Under the pieces are notes generated by a model that was not told the origin of the DNA, made no database searches, and worked only from the letters and a program-made list of their open reading frames with translations. This document shows, in pieces, positions 9,001 to 15,330 of a DNA stretch of 42,951 bases (position 1 is its first letter; each line of letters begins with the position of its first letter). A program made the position numbers and the translations under genes. The DNA is from an uncultured bacterium (lineage in GTDB: Bacteria > Auribacterota > Erginobacteria > Erginobacterales > DAOSXE01). Location of the stretch: the NCBI GenBank assembly GCA_964538495.1, contig CAZIEA010000004.1, forward strand, positions 4,262 to 47,212, written 5' to 3'.

Positions 9001-11335
9001 CGCTCACGTTGGGCGGGTCGCAATCATCTCTTCCCCGGACCTGCCAGTAGTAGGTGGTGTTGGAACTCAGATTTACGGTCCAAAGGTTGTTGACGATCCA
9101 GCCGGAGGTGAGCAGGTCGGCCGAGGCGAAGCTGGGGTCGGTGTCCACTCGGAAGTAGTAGGGTTGGCTGTTGAGCCCGGCCGGGGAGTCGTTGATTTCC
9201 CGGGCTACCAGGGTGGTAAGGCGGGAGACTCCCACCGCCCCGTCGGCCGGGCTGGAGCATCCGACATTGGCGGGAGGGGTATTGTCCGCCGTCATGATTC
9301 CGCTCCGGATCTCGGCGGCCCGGGGGGAAGAGCCGGCGCTGTGCTCGAACCGGATCCGGCCCGTCCCGGAATCGGAACTGGAAGCCGTGTTCCATTCGTA
9401 GGGGGATGAATCCCAGGCGATTCCGCTGGCCAGGGAGATCCAGCTCACCGAGTCGGTGGAATAGGAGATGGATAAGGTATCCGCTCCCGTCCAGCCGTCC
9501 CCGAAAGTCCGCCAGGAAATATCGTGAACCCCGCTCCACTTCTCCCCGGCCAGGGGGTGGCCCAGGGGGGAGTCCAGAAAAAGACTGCGCCGGCTGGATT
9601 TGGAAGCCTCCGGGGTGTTCGCATAAGCGCCTATGTTTACCCTCCCCCCGTTCGGGTCCGGTTCCCAACTGAAGTCCGCGCTGGCCGGCTGGACCACCAG
9701 GGCGCTGGTGGCGTGGGCGAACGCCGCGCCGGTGCACCCGACCAGGGAACTCCCGGAAATTCCGGTATAGCCGATGAAATCTCCTTCCACTTCCACCCAA
9801 TTCCGGCTGGTCGCGAAACCTACGGAACTGGAGAGCGGAATAATCGTGGTTTTGGGGTTTACTGCCCCGGTTAGGGCGGCCTCGGCCAGGCCGGCGAACC
9901 CGGCATTTAAGGCCGGGCTATCCTCGCTGTCCTCATACCAGGAGCCTTCCGCGTATCTGCCTTCGGTGCTCTGGAGATGAAAATCATACCCGGCTGGGTC
10001 GAAGAAGAGCGGGTCGCCGGTGAAGCTGTGGCCGTCCAGCCCGCTGCCTAATATCCAACTCCTTAAATCGGAGTAAGATATGGTTTGTTTCCAGACCCCG
10101 ACTATAGCCCCCCCGATGGGGTTGATCAGGTTGAAGTCGGAAATGCAGTCGCGCTTGTCGGAATTGATGTCGTTATACTTGAACGCGAACTTGCCGGACC
10201 CATCGGGTTGAATGATGTTTCCGAAGACTCGGACTGAGGCGGTGTTGTCGTAAAAATAAATTCCCGACCCTCTTTCCAGGACGTTTTGCGTGACGAGGAC
10301 GTATTTGGGATAGTAAAGGGCTATGCACCCTGTCTCAGCCACGATAACCGTCCTGGAAATCACGATATTTTCGCCTTGGGATATCACGGCCCCCGCCGTG
10401 TTCCCGATAAGCGCGCACAGGTCGATGTGAACATTGTTGGAAAGAGAGGTGCTGATTCCCCTGGTGTTATTCCGGGCCGAACTGTATTCGATCCTGATAT
10501 TGTTTGAATTCGCGAGGGCGATCCCATCCTCGGCGTTTCCCGTTGCCGTCAGGGCGTAAAGCGCGCAGTAGGGGTTTGCCTGGAGGCGGATCCCGTGTGC
10601 GGGAGATGACTGGGCCGTGAAATGCGCCAGTTCCAGGTAGTAGCTTCCGTTAAAATGCAGGCAGGAACTTGAAGAAGGCAGATTTTCTCCTGAAAATACG
10701 GTCCCGTTCGGCGACCCGGCAAAACACAGGTTGGCGGAAGCACCGCCGTGGTCGGATGACGTGAGATAAATCCGCTCGGGCAACGCCCAATACCCGGTGT
10801 CTACGTAAACCACGTCGCCCGTCCCCAGGACGTAACCGTCGATGATGGACTGCAGGTTCCACTTGGGGGCGGCGGGGGAAAGCCCGGAGTTGGCGTTGTC
10901 GCCGATGGCGGTGCAATAGACGTCGTCGGTGAGGGAGGTATCGTTGACGAAGTAGGCGGTCCCGATTACCGGGTTATTGAGCGCGAAATACCAGCCGCTC
11001 TGGTCGGAAACCCCGGGGTCGCCGGTTTTGCTGATCCGCACCTTGTAGTTGCCGTTGGGGAGGGTGGTGGTGTACCAGCGGAATTTTTGTAAATCGTAGG
11101 GGAGATTGACTGCGATCCGGGTGTAGGAAAATTCGTCCGTGGTCCATTCCAGGTCCACCTGGTCCCCGGCGGACCAGCCCGAGGTGGAGGTGCTCCAGGA
11201 GATCTCGGCCGCCCCGCGCCAGGAGAGCCCGTCGGTGTTGGGGGAAATCAGCGCCACCGTCTGGGCGGCGGCGAGCCCGCCCGTCAGGAGCAGGAGCAGA
11301 ACCGCGAAAACGGCCCTCGAACCGTGGTTCTTCAA
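1..11335 (-). CDS. giant secreted right-handed parallel beta-helix repeat protein (at least 3,778 aa; 3' end lies beyond the left edge)
   Basis: Absent from the ORF track because it has no stop in the window. The minus frame whose codon first bases fall at position = 1 mod 3 is the only frame with no listed ORF fragment across 1-11.3 kb. Hand translation from TTG at 11335 (GAAAGGA 5 nt upstream) gives MKNHGSRAVFAVLLLLLTGGLAAAQTV, a signal peptide. Downstream are repeated motifs: IDNTPPxNVGC, TTYYWxVxARD, LRWILxNxxLxPGDxVYV, NFYVND...GDxVYxDTGxY, PbH1-like N-rich turns, and DPLF..DFHLxS..SPGxDxG..PNGGRINLGAYGNT. Frame spot-checked by hand at 11221-11335, 6181-6240 and 5761-5880. Confidence 0.85.
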   Translation of the reverse strand, partial: MKNHGSRAVFAVLLLLLTGGLAAAQTVALISPNTDGLSWRGAAEISWSTSTSGWSAGDQVDLEWTTDEFSYTRIAVNLPYDLQKFRWYTTTLPNGNYKVRISKTGDPGVSDQSGWYFALNNPVIGTAYFVNDTSLTDDVYCTAIGDNANSGLSPAAPKWNLQSIIDGYVLGTGDVVYVDTGYWALPERIYLTSSDHGGASANLCFAGSPNGTVFSGENLPSSSSCLHFNGSYYLELAHFTAQSSPAHGIRLQANPYCALYALTATGNAEDGIALANSNNIRIEYSSARNNTRGISTSLSNNVHIDLCALIGNTAGAVISQGENIVISRTVIVAETGCIALYYPKYVLVTQNVLERGSGIYFYDNTASVRVFGNIIQPDGSGKFAFKYNDINSDKRDCISDFNLINPIGGAIVGVWKQTISYSDLRSWILGSGLDGHSFTGDPLFFDPAGYDFHLQSTEGRYAEGSWYEDSEDSPALNAGFAGLAEAALTGAVNPKTTIIPLSSSVGFATSRNWVEVEGDFIGYTGISGSSLVGCTGAAFAHATSALVVQPASADFSWEPDPNGGRVNIGAYANTPEASKSSRRSLFLDSPLGHPLAGEKWSGVHDISWRTFGDGWTGADTLSISYSTDSVSWISLASGIAWDSSPYEWNTASSSDSGTGRIRFEHSAGSSPRAAEIRSGIMTADNTPPANVGCSSPADGAVGVSRLTTLVAREINDSPAGLNSQPYYFRVDTDPSFASADLLTSGWIVNNLWTVNLSSNTTYYWQVRGRDDCDPPNVSEFQAETTSPGTYRYFRTQSIYHALTVEPSEATATTDGLRWILQNHDLSQGDIVYVAPGSYTLSEPMLLSPADEGAEGSPVRIVGLNGEVLLDGNGTALNCLRVTGDWFQVENFAFTGATDSGIRIEGDHVTLQGGRSFLNGGSGIETSGDYTIIRNMLVHNNTLSGIRLISSYSSELTNNTCANNGTREIHLEDTGLNGSSYAVLRNNIAWATGTGGQIAIFVEPESQAGFDSDYNDLFATAPASVGYWNSATQAAFAAWTGASGGDADSISANPLFVGGGNYRLQSTTGSWKPGFGWSADGSNSPGLDRGDPASPYGLETAPNGGRVNLGAYGNTPGASRAPGKTGRNFYVNDSSVEYDYFCSTSGLPWPAHNGLSPASPLDSVEAVLDHYTLTAGDSVFVDTGLYTPSALLIIRGTGSADNPITLTGSPEGSVLDGGGTLAYCLGVSSAPYVSLNGFQFINAGQAGVTVYRSDYLSISGCRVTTSGDNGIYVSESKRTLIRDTQVLLNKGAGIYCNQSTDYPELKENIVQDNQSHGIYFYLGATAQIKGNTVSENSGQGIYIYSGGGGHLIQDNSCLSNGGSGIYCYWSPATIINNQVAANATSGIRLYRNHNQTVSGNTCAGNTGISLDTSNDCLLANNLLREITGIGIYLTACNNLQIRNNVFYRNTTRAVYVINSTYNTEFSNNIFWVEGAGNTGLYFQTPSPSAHGHTADYNLYYVLSGADLAFWGAARSTFEAWRNASRQDGHGVSANPLFYDPAGGDFHLRSTEGRFLNGKWVVDAVNSPGLNKGNPDNDYSLELSPNGGRINIGTYGNTSEASRSGLKTLSLSSPLGSPWGTEKWSRSHEIAWSSHGDGWLPADTVRLEYTTNGVSFFEITSGLSYITGTYSSWNTLSAAGDNTDYRVKISSPGGPAFFTEDISGFFIVDNTPPINVGCRLPADGSPREPVSTTLTALIASDSPAGLNTEPYYFQIDTSPLFNSPAVQNSGWRELPTWHPALTPNTTYYWRVNARDSADPVNERGFCGDADAPGTYWSFRTLGVYHALDIESETVGLRWILDNVELNPGDIVYVDAGAYSLSSPLEFGPADQGSEEAPVRITGYGGEVLLDAGGIHDHCLTVSGDYYQVENFAFTNAVSSGVLISGDHNSLQYGASFSNGGDGIEVTGDYTTIRNMRVYDNSLAGIHLFASHYSVIENNSCARNGTQEVFLADDIPPAPYHPVGSTHCGLLNNILWATGAEKVALYVESASQVEFSSDYNDLYADSGGLIGYWNSETLATFSEWTGASLQDQSGLSRDPLFAPGADDFHLLSAGGRWNGVSWALDTQTSPGVDRGNPFSTYALESGPNGGRINLGAYGNTVQASRSPGVAGRNFYVNDADTEWDYYCSTGGLPWPDHDGLNPSSPLDSLGAVFANYTMLPGDTVYLDTGLYPVTSTISIPAAGTAGQPITIAGSPNTSILDIEGVVPTCISISGKGFINLDRLWIFNASANAVSITSSSNCSLADSVIRGSGSNGFSGSSSSVVLSKNSFSYNYGAGVYLSGGTGSLLEGNRSEHNSSNGFHLFNPNSSTFRGNTSFANLGTGAYLYNLSGANLISENLFYANAVNGLYAWQVSSGTFRNNTARENINGFYLYQCSRAIITGNTLRANSNAGISINITTGPSVSHNTVHGNAGYGIILVGSCPDGRIISNTCYKNGGELSVSNVSNRSLVVNNVLWAHQTGNYAFYAGATGIGISSNYNILYATGGADIGYWGGKRSTFDLWRAASGQDGASLNLNPVFVAPGIDFHLQSPLGSYHEGLWSADTNASPGLNLGQIYSADSYLAQPVTSASTFLELTDATNFPDQLDTTDIAGDFISYTGKSGDLLVGATGVDGSYPAGTRVFHPAGSDYTPEPEPNGGRINIGAYGGTYQASLASTKTLAMVEPVGGEKWNGLQNIRWLAVGEDWVPGDLLVVEYTTDGSAFFTISTETYPTQIYPDWSTISVADGNSYQILVSEPGGLRAGSGTFTIDNTPPANVGVFLPEDGETGLPSYVPLRALTALDALVGLHPLPYYFQVADSPAFTSGLINSGWIAWSMWAPNLAAGSTYYWRVKARDEIENVSPFCGFTADTDGYGVFSTSAVWRATNIESATTGLRWILANRDLEPGDTVYVNAGTYVLAAPLTVAAPDSGSAYYPVRIAGTGAGVILDAGNLFENCLLLEGDYVELDNISFTRATGAGLLVSGDNNTVRRGRSWNHGGDGIQVTGNANTLFNFVLDGNSGAGASLSGGEGNRVVNVTSYNNTLGEVFCLNAPHSYLRNNILWAVAAGAYGVYVDAGSENGFLSDYNNLLGPAPAVLGYWGGDAPDLASWQGAALQDANSLSVDPLFAAAGSDYHLLSPAGRWVSWANWTDSDLLTSPGIDAGDPAFPCPYETSPKGGRINLGAYGNTYQASRSPGAPGINYWVNDTGVLDDVYTTTTGSDSYSGALPSRPKRTLKNLIDLVDLEPGDTVYIDTGIYPLATAVEIGLPDSGSPAGSIFLTGSSNRSLLSGMGQANTGIYLNRTSYLELAGITLAAALDYGLRMEQVQGVAIRESEVSWNGQSSAGGVGGGGAGIRGEGGSQVVVRDNSITGNITHGIIFDDCVSLTVAGNLIGMNYGYPAPGSTHSGLQAANCPGLSVDGNAIFLNHFGLAAAGSNSAEVSGNAIYSNERTGVSFSTSSSVFKRNLIYGNSGGGAAFAGSPSVIANNTLYGNSSYELSINAPGCTVKNNTVWAESTSVYGLYFISTSSQFSNFNNLYVTGGGGVGFWGLPRATLTDWQIASRQDQHSLSADPLFADPPGADGILGGKHGADDDFHPRSTEGSYHFGSWAADASDSPALNSGSPYDDYGEETFPNGQRVNQGAYGGMEEASRSSLDSLFLITPYGGAFGAEKWSGAHDLSWLAIGEGWGGGDTVSLDYATNGTSWLAIASGVAWDTLTWPGWDTSAYPDGSTYQVRVSDDADPAVASASGRFIIDNTAPTNVGC

Positions 11336-11437
11336 GGTGATCCTTTCGCTGGGGGCCGGTGGTTTTCCGGCGCCGATTTGTCCCGGATTGGAGCGGTTTA
11401 AATACGGCCTGATTCGGTTACAGCCTTCCTTATTATG

Positions 11438-11466
11438 TTTATACCCGATAACCGTTCCTAAATCAA
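11438..11466 (-). promoter_or_regulatory. candidate sigma70-type promoter for the giant gene
   Basis: On the minus strand: TTGATT (11466-11461), a 17-nt spacer, then TATAAA (11443-11438), about 100 nt upstream of the TTG start. Sequence match only. Confidence 0.25.
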
Positions 11467-11594
11467 CTGACAAAAGGGCCTTTTTTCCCCCTCCGGCGGG
11501 ACTTGCGGGGTCCATCAGGCCCGGGCGCACTTCTCCTTATAAATTAGACTTCCTTCCCTGCCTCTTTGTTTAATCTATATGAACTGCCGCCGCA

Positions 11595-11831
11595 TTCACA
11601 TGTAGACATGTAGGGCATGTAGAAAATCAAATGCTGTCCACAGATTTCACAGATTTAAACTTCATGTTCTTCATGTCCTTCATGGTGAGAAAAGCAGGCT
11701 GAAGGAACTCACACCCCATACCCCATGCCTCATACCCCATTACACGGATTACTGATTACGGATTACGTTTGGTTTTCCTGATTCCTGACTCCTGTTTCCC
11801 GACCCTATGCTCTATGCCCTATGCTCTATGC
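11595..11831. repeat. mosaic of short tandem word repeats in the divergent intergenic region
   Basis: In order: CATGTAG x3 block (11595-11626), CACAGATTT x2 (11635-11656), TTCATGTYC x3 (11660-11685), GGCTGAAG, CATACCCC-type x3 (11712-11740), GGATTAC/TGATTAC x3 (11744-11767), TCCTGAY x3 (11775-11794), CTATGCYC x4 (11803-11831). The same words recur in at least 14 other intergenic regions of this window. Confidence 0.9.
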
Positions 11832-11870
11832 TTAAATGTAAGCGCTATCGCCAATTTTCCCATGACCGGC

Positions 11871-11876
11871 TATAAT
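11871..11876 (+). promoter_or_regulatory. perfect TATAAT hexamer 8 nt upstream of the ATG at 11885 (possible leaderless transcript)
   Basis: TATAAT lies at 11871-11876. No Shine-Dalgarno sequence between it and the ATG, and the -35 region is poor (TCGCCA). Confidence 0.2.
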
Positions 11877-11884
11877 TCCCCGAA

Positions 11885-13513
11885 ATGACCGGCCAAACCG
11901 AAAAGACCGTCTCGCCGCTGGATTCCGCCAGCCTGGATATACTCAAGTTCATCCTGGCGCTGCTGCTGGTGGTGCTGGCCTGGGTGGGTTATTACGCCCG
12001 CCACTACGAGGGGCTGTCCCTGATAGATTCCCTGGACACCGCTCAGGTCGCCCAGAACCTGGCCCAGGGCCGGGGTTTCGTCAGCAATTTTCTCCGCCCG
12101 GTGACGCTGGCGGCTTTTCCGGGAACCGGACCTCTCCCGGATTTCTATAATCCCCCGGCCCAGGTCCTTCTTCTGGGGGGGCTTTTCCGCCTCTTCGGGG
12201 CCCGGGGCCTGGTCGTGATCGGCTCCTCCCTGGTCTGGGGGTTGCTGGGGGCCCTGGGGGTTTTCGCCCTGGCTTGGCGTCGTCTCGGCTATCGCTGGGG
12301 CTTGCTCGCGCTGTTGCTCGTCGGCCTGGCCCCGGGAACGATCGAGATTTCCTTTTCCGGGCTCGGGGTCGCCTTTTCCGGGTTGCTTCTGCTGATTTTT
12401 TTCTCCCTCCTGGCCCGGGAAAGCCGGCCGGGGGCCGTCATCCTGGCTGCCTTGGGGGCAACCTGGGGGCTGCTGGCCCTGAACGATTTTGTTTTCGCCG
12501 TTCTCTCCCCCCTGGCTGTTTTTTTAATCTGGCGGCCGGACCGGGACCGGAAGTCAGCCGGGATTTTCGCCCTGGCGGCCTTCCTGGTTGTCCTCCCCTG
12601 GCTGCTCCGGAACCTGCTGGTCGCCGGAAATCCCCTGGCGTCCCTGCGCTGGGCGGAGTTCTATTCCTGGACCAGGAGCCTGCCCGGGAACCGGGTTTTC
12701 CGCGACCCGGCCTGGGCGGCGGGGATGGTCTCGCCCGGGGAGATCCCGGAAAAGTTTCTGGTCTTCGGGCGGCTGATGAACCCCTACTGGGTCGCCCTGG
12801 GCGGGCTCCCGGTCTTGGGGCTTTACCTGCTTTCCCTCTTCGTCTCCCCCCGTCCCGGTCGCTTCGGGCAGGCTTCCCGGCTGGTGGGCCTGCTGCTGGC
12901 GGTGGCTTCGGTCAAGGTCGTCCTTTTCGACCCCAACTCCTTCGGGAGCCTGCTGGCGTTTTACCCGGTCCTGGCCCTGGCGGCGCTGGATTTTCTCGCC
13001 TCCCGGCTTCCGGTTGCCGCCCCTTTCCGCCGCCGGAAAAGAGCCGCGGTGTCGGCGGCCGTGTTAGCCGCGGTCTGCCTGCCCGGCCTGGCTTCCGCCT
13101 ATCTTGGCCTGGGGGAGGGCCGGTATTTTCCTCCCGTCCTGGACCGGGCCGCCCGGGAAAACCTTGCCGCCGGATCGGTTTCCCGGAGCATCCGGGAGCT
13201 GGTCAAGCCCGACGAGACCGTGATCTCAGATTCTCCCTGGGTTGTGGCCTGGTTCACGGGGCGATCTTCCCTCTGGATCCCTTGGGAACTTTCCCAGGTC
13301 CGGGAACTGAGGGAGCAGCGGCCCTTGCTTGACTTCCTTCACCTTACCCCGATGATTCATCGCTATCCCCCCGGGGAGAGCCCCGGCCCCTGGCAGGAAA
13401 TCTACTCCTCCGGCCGGGTTCCGGCCTGGCTTGGCTTCGAGAAGGGGATCATCCTGCCCGGGCAGGAGACGCTCCTGGGTTCCCGCGTCTTCGAGCGCCT
13501 TGACCTCGAGTAG
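11885..13513 (+). CDS. GT-C fold polytopic membrane glycosyltransferase (ArnT/PMT-like)
   Basis: 542 aa with many TM helices. N-terminal loop DSLDTAQVAQNLAQGRGF...PDFYNPPAQVLLLGGLFRLFG resembles the first periplasmic loop motif of GT-C enzymes. Family assigned by eye only. Confidence 0.7.
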   Translation: MTGQTEKTVSPLDSASLDILKFILALLLVVLAWVGYYARHYEGLSLIDSLDTAQVAQNLAQGRGFVSNFLRPVTLAAFPGTGPLPDFYNPPAQVLLLGGLFRLFGARGLVVIGSSLVWGLLGALGVFALAWRRLGYRWGLLALLLVGLAPGTIEISFSGLGVAFSGLLLLIFFSLLARESRPGAVILAALGATWGLLALNDFVFAVLSPLAVFLIWRPDRDRKSAGIFALAAFLVVLPWLLRNLLVAGNPLASLRWAEFYSWTRSLPGNRVFRDPAWAAGMVSPGEIPEKFLVFGRLMNPYWVALGGLPVLGLYLLSLFVSPRPGRFGQASRLVGLLLAVASVKVVLFDPNSFGSLLAFYPVLALAALDFLASRLPVAAPFRRRKRAAVSAAVLAAVCLPGLASAYLGLGEGRYFPPVLDRAARENLAAGSVSRSIRELVKPDETVISDSPWVVAWFTGRSSLWIPWELSQVRELREQRPLLDFLHLTPMIHRYPPGESPGPWQEIYSSGRVPAWLGFEKGIILPGQETLLGSRVFERLDLE

Positions 13514-13522
13514 GCGCTACGG

Positions 13523-13566
13523 TTCACATGTAGGCATGTAGAGCATGTAGCGCAACTACATGTGAA
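13523..13566. repeat. palindromic CATGTAG block just after the stop codon
   Basis: TTCACATGTAG-22 nt-CTACATGTGAA, with perfect 11-bp arms. Starts 10 nt after the stop at 13511-13513. Confidence 0.85.
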
Positions 13567-13573
13567 TTTATAC

Positions 13574-13602
13574 TTGACGTCGCCGGAGGGGAAAATTAGG
13601 AT
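13574..13602 (+). promoter_or_regulatory. candidate sigma70 promoter for the export operon
   Basis: TTGACG (13574-13579), a 17-nt spacer, TAGGAT (13597-13602), about 50 nt upstream of the ATG at 13654. Confidence 0.3.
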
Positions 13603-13653
13603 TCAGCATTCGGGCCCGGGCCATGTTTCTGCCTGGCCCGCGCCGAACCGAAA

Positions 13654-15120
13654 ATGGAGTATGATTTCATGTATCCCAGGACATTGACGGGGTTGGTAAT
13701 TTTTCTGTTATTGGGCTTGGGGCCCGACGCCACCCGCGCCGCCGAGGACACCGAAGCGCAGGAAGCCGTCGTCCTGGAAATTATCGAAGAAGAAACGGCC
13801 TTGCGGGAAGCCGCCGGGGAACAGATCGCCCCGGTTCCGGAAGAAGAGGGCGCCCCGGTGCCTGCCCGGCCCGCCCAGAGGGCCCGCTACTTCTACCGCA
13901 GGGGGCTGGAAGCCTACGATTCGGGGGACTGGAAAGGGGCGATCGCCAACCTCGATCAGGTGGTGGCGATCAACCCCTCCTACCGGCGGGCCGACTATTA
14001 CCGCAGGGAGGCCTGGAACCTGGCGGCGGCGTCCGTCCCCGCCGGGGCCGAGGCGGAGATCCTGGTCGAGGACCTCCGGGCCGAGTTCGAACGGGGCCGC
14101 GCTTCCCTGCGCGCGGAGGATTACGCCGCCGCGGTGGTTTCTTTCCAGACCGTGCTCCAGGTCAACCCTTCCCACCGGGAGGCCCGGAATCTCCTGGGCG
14201 AAGCCCGGCTCAAGCTGGAAAAACGCTCCCTGGCCGAGGAAGAGTCCCTGGCCCAGGAACTTGTCAAGGAAGAGATCGAGCTCCGGCAGACGGCCCAGTC
14301 GGAAGAGGACGAAGCTCTCCGCCGGGCCTACGACGAGGGACGCACCGCCCTGGAGCGGGGGGAGTTGGAGGCGGCGGAGGCGAGTTTCACCGAGATCCGT
14401 CGGAAGCGGGGCGATTACCGCCGGGGCGACTATTTCCTGCGCCGGATCGACCGCGAGATTCAGGCCAAGCACGAGGCGGACCTGGCTCTCAGCGACCGGG
14501 AGGCGATCCGGCAATACACCCTGGGCCCGGACGATGTGGTCCGGGTGGTGGTGCGCAACCACCCCGAATTCAGTTTCGGCGCCCGGATCGAGGAAGGAGG
14601 GGAACTCGTCATCCCCCTCACCAACGAGATCATCCAGGCCGACGGCCTGACCCGGGACGAGCTGGCCGAACTCCTGCGCCAGCGGATCGCGGCCTACATT
14701 GACGACCCCTTCGTCAAGGTCTTCATTACCAACTACGGGAGCAAGAAGTTCTACGTCCTCCAGCCCGAAGGGGGCGGGTCGGAATACATCATGAGCAAGG
14801 CCAACATGACCCTCTGGGACTGCATGTTCCTGGCCGGGATCCCGATGCTCGACGATGCCGCCCTGCGCCGGATTCAGGTCATTCCCCCCCATCCCACCCA
14901 TCCCACCCACCGCTGGATCAACGTTTACGCCATGCTCTACCAGGGCAAGATGAAGGACAACATCCGCATCGAGCCCGGGACCATCATCTACTACCCGATG
15001 CTGGTGATCGACAAGTTCAGCATGATCGTGGAGAAGATCACCAAGCCGATCTCCGACCTGGCCAGCCTGGGAAGCTCCTACGAGGAGTGGGACAGCTTCC
15101 GCAAGAAGTACCTGAGGTGA
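13654..15120 (+). CDS. polysaccharide export protein (Poly_export/Wza-like domain) with a long N-terminal helical/TPR-like extension
   Basis: Signal-like N-terminus LTGLVIFLLLGLGPDATRAA. The C-terminal half has YTLGPDDVVRVVVRNHPEFSF...GGELVIPLTNEIIQADGLTRDELAELLRQRIAAYIDDPFVKVFITNYGSKKFYVLQ, a classic Poly_export motif. The ATG at 13669 has a better-placed GGAG, so the start is uncertain by 5 codons. Confidence 0.8.
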   Translation: MEYDFMYPRTLTGLVIFLLLGLGPDATRAAEDTEAQEAVVLEIIEEETALREAAGEQIAPVPEEEGAPVPARPAQRARYFYRRGLEAYDSGDWKGAIANLDQVVAINPSYRRADYYRREAWNLAAASVPAGAEAEILVEDLRAEFERGRASLRAEDYAAAVVSFQTVLQVNPSHREARNLLGEARLKLEKRSLAEEESLAQELVKEEIELRQTAQSEEDEALRRAYDEGRTALERGELEAAEASFTEIRRKRGDYRRGDYFLRRIDREIQAKHEADLALSDREAIRQYTLGPDDVVRVVVRNHPEFSFGARIEEGGELVIPLTNEIIQADGLTRDELAELLRQRIAAYIDDPFVKVFITNYGSKKFYVLQPEGGGSEYIMSKANMTLWDCMFLAGIPMLDDAALRRIQVIPPHPTHPTHRWINVYAMLYQGKMKDNIRIEPGTIIYYPMLVIDKFSMIVEKITKPISDLASLGSSYEEWDSFRKKYLR

Positions 15121-15125
15121 GGCCG

Positions 15126-15280
15126 GCGGATCGCCGTTCCTACGGAACGGCTTGCAGTATCGTCACTCCTGGCGGAGTGACTTGCAGGATCGTCTCGACT
15201 GCGTCGAGACTTGTAGTATCGTCCCTCGCCTTGCTCGGGACTTGCGGTATCGCCGCTCCCTTGAGGGGAGCGGCTTGCAA
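15126..15280 (+). repeat. hairpin-unit array 1 (5 units, forward orientation)
   Basis: Units of 29-30 nt: head TTGYRGTATC followed by GCCGTTCC-tac-GGAACGGC, GTCACTCC-tggc-GGAGTGAC, GTCTCGAC-tgc-GTCGAGAC, GTCCC..GGGAC and GCCGCTCCC-ttga-GGGGAGCGGC. Begins 6 nt after the stop at 15120. Confidence 0.9.
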
Positions 15281-15330
15281 CTTTAGGCCTTATGCCCTAT
15301 GCTTTCATAGGCTGAAGGACCCGACGCTGC

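Noticed and set aside
7829-9409. 526-aa plus-strand ORF, and the other plus and minus ORFs listed between 12 and 11573
   Set aside because: All of them overlap the single uninterrupted minus-strand frame that encodes the beta-helix protein. Their translations are Gly/Arg/Pro/Val-rich with no periodic motif, whereas the unlisted frame shows a signal peptide and repeated structural motifs.
12274-13332. 352-aa alternative-frame plus ORF inside the GT-C gene, and similar same-strand overlapping ORFs at 36503-37360, 38908-39945, 29819-30805 and 41142-41924
   Set aside because: They are Pro/Gly/Arg-rich off-frame translations of membrane-protein or enzyme genes, while the annotated frames give hydrophobic TM helices or catalytic motifs.
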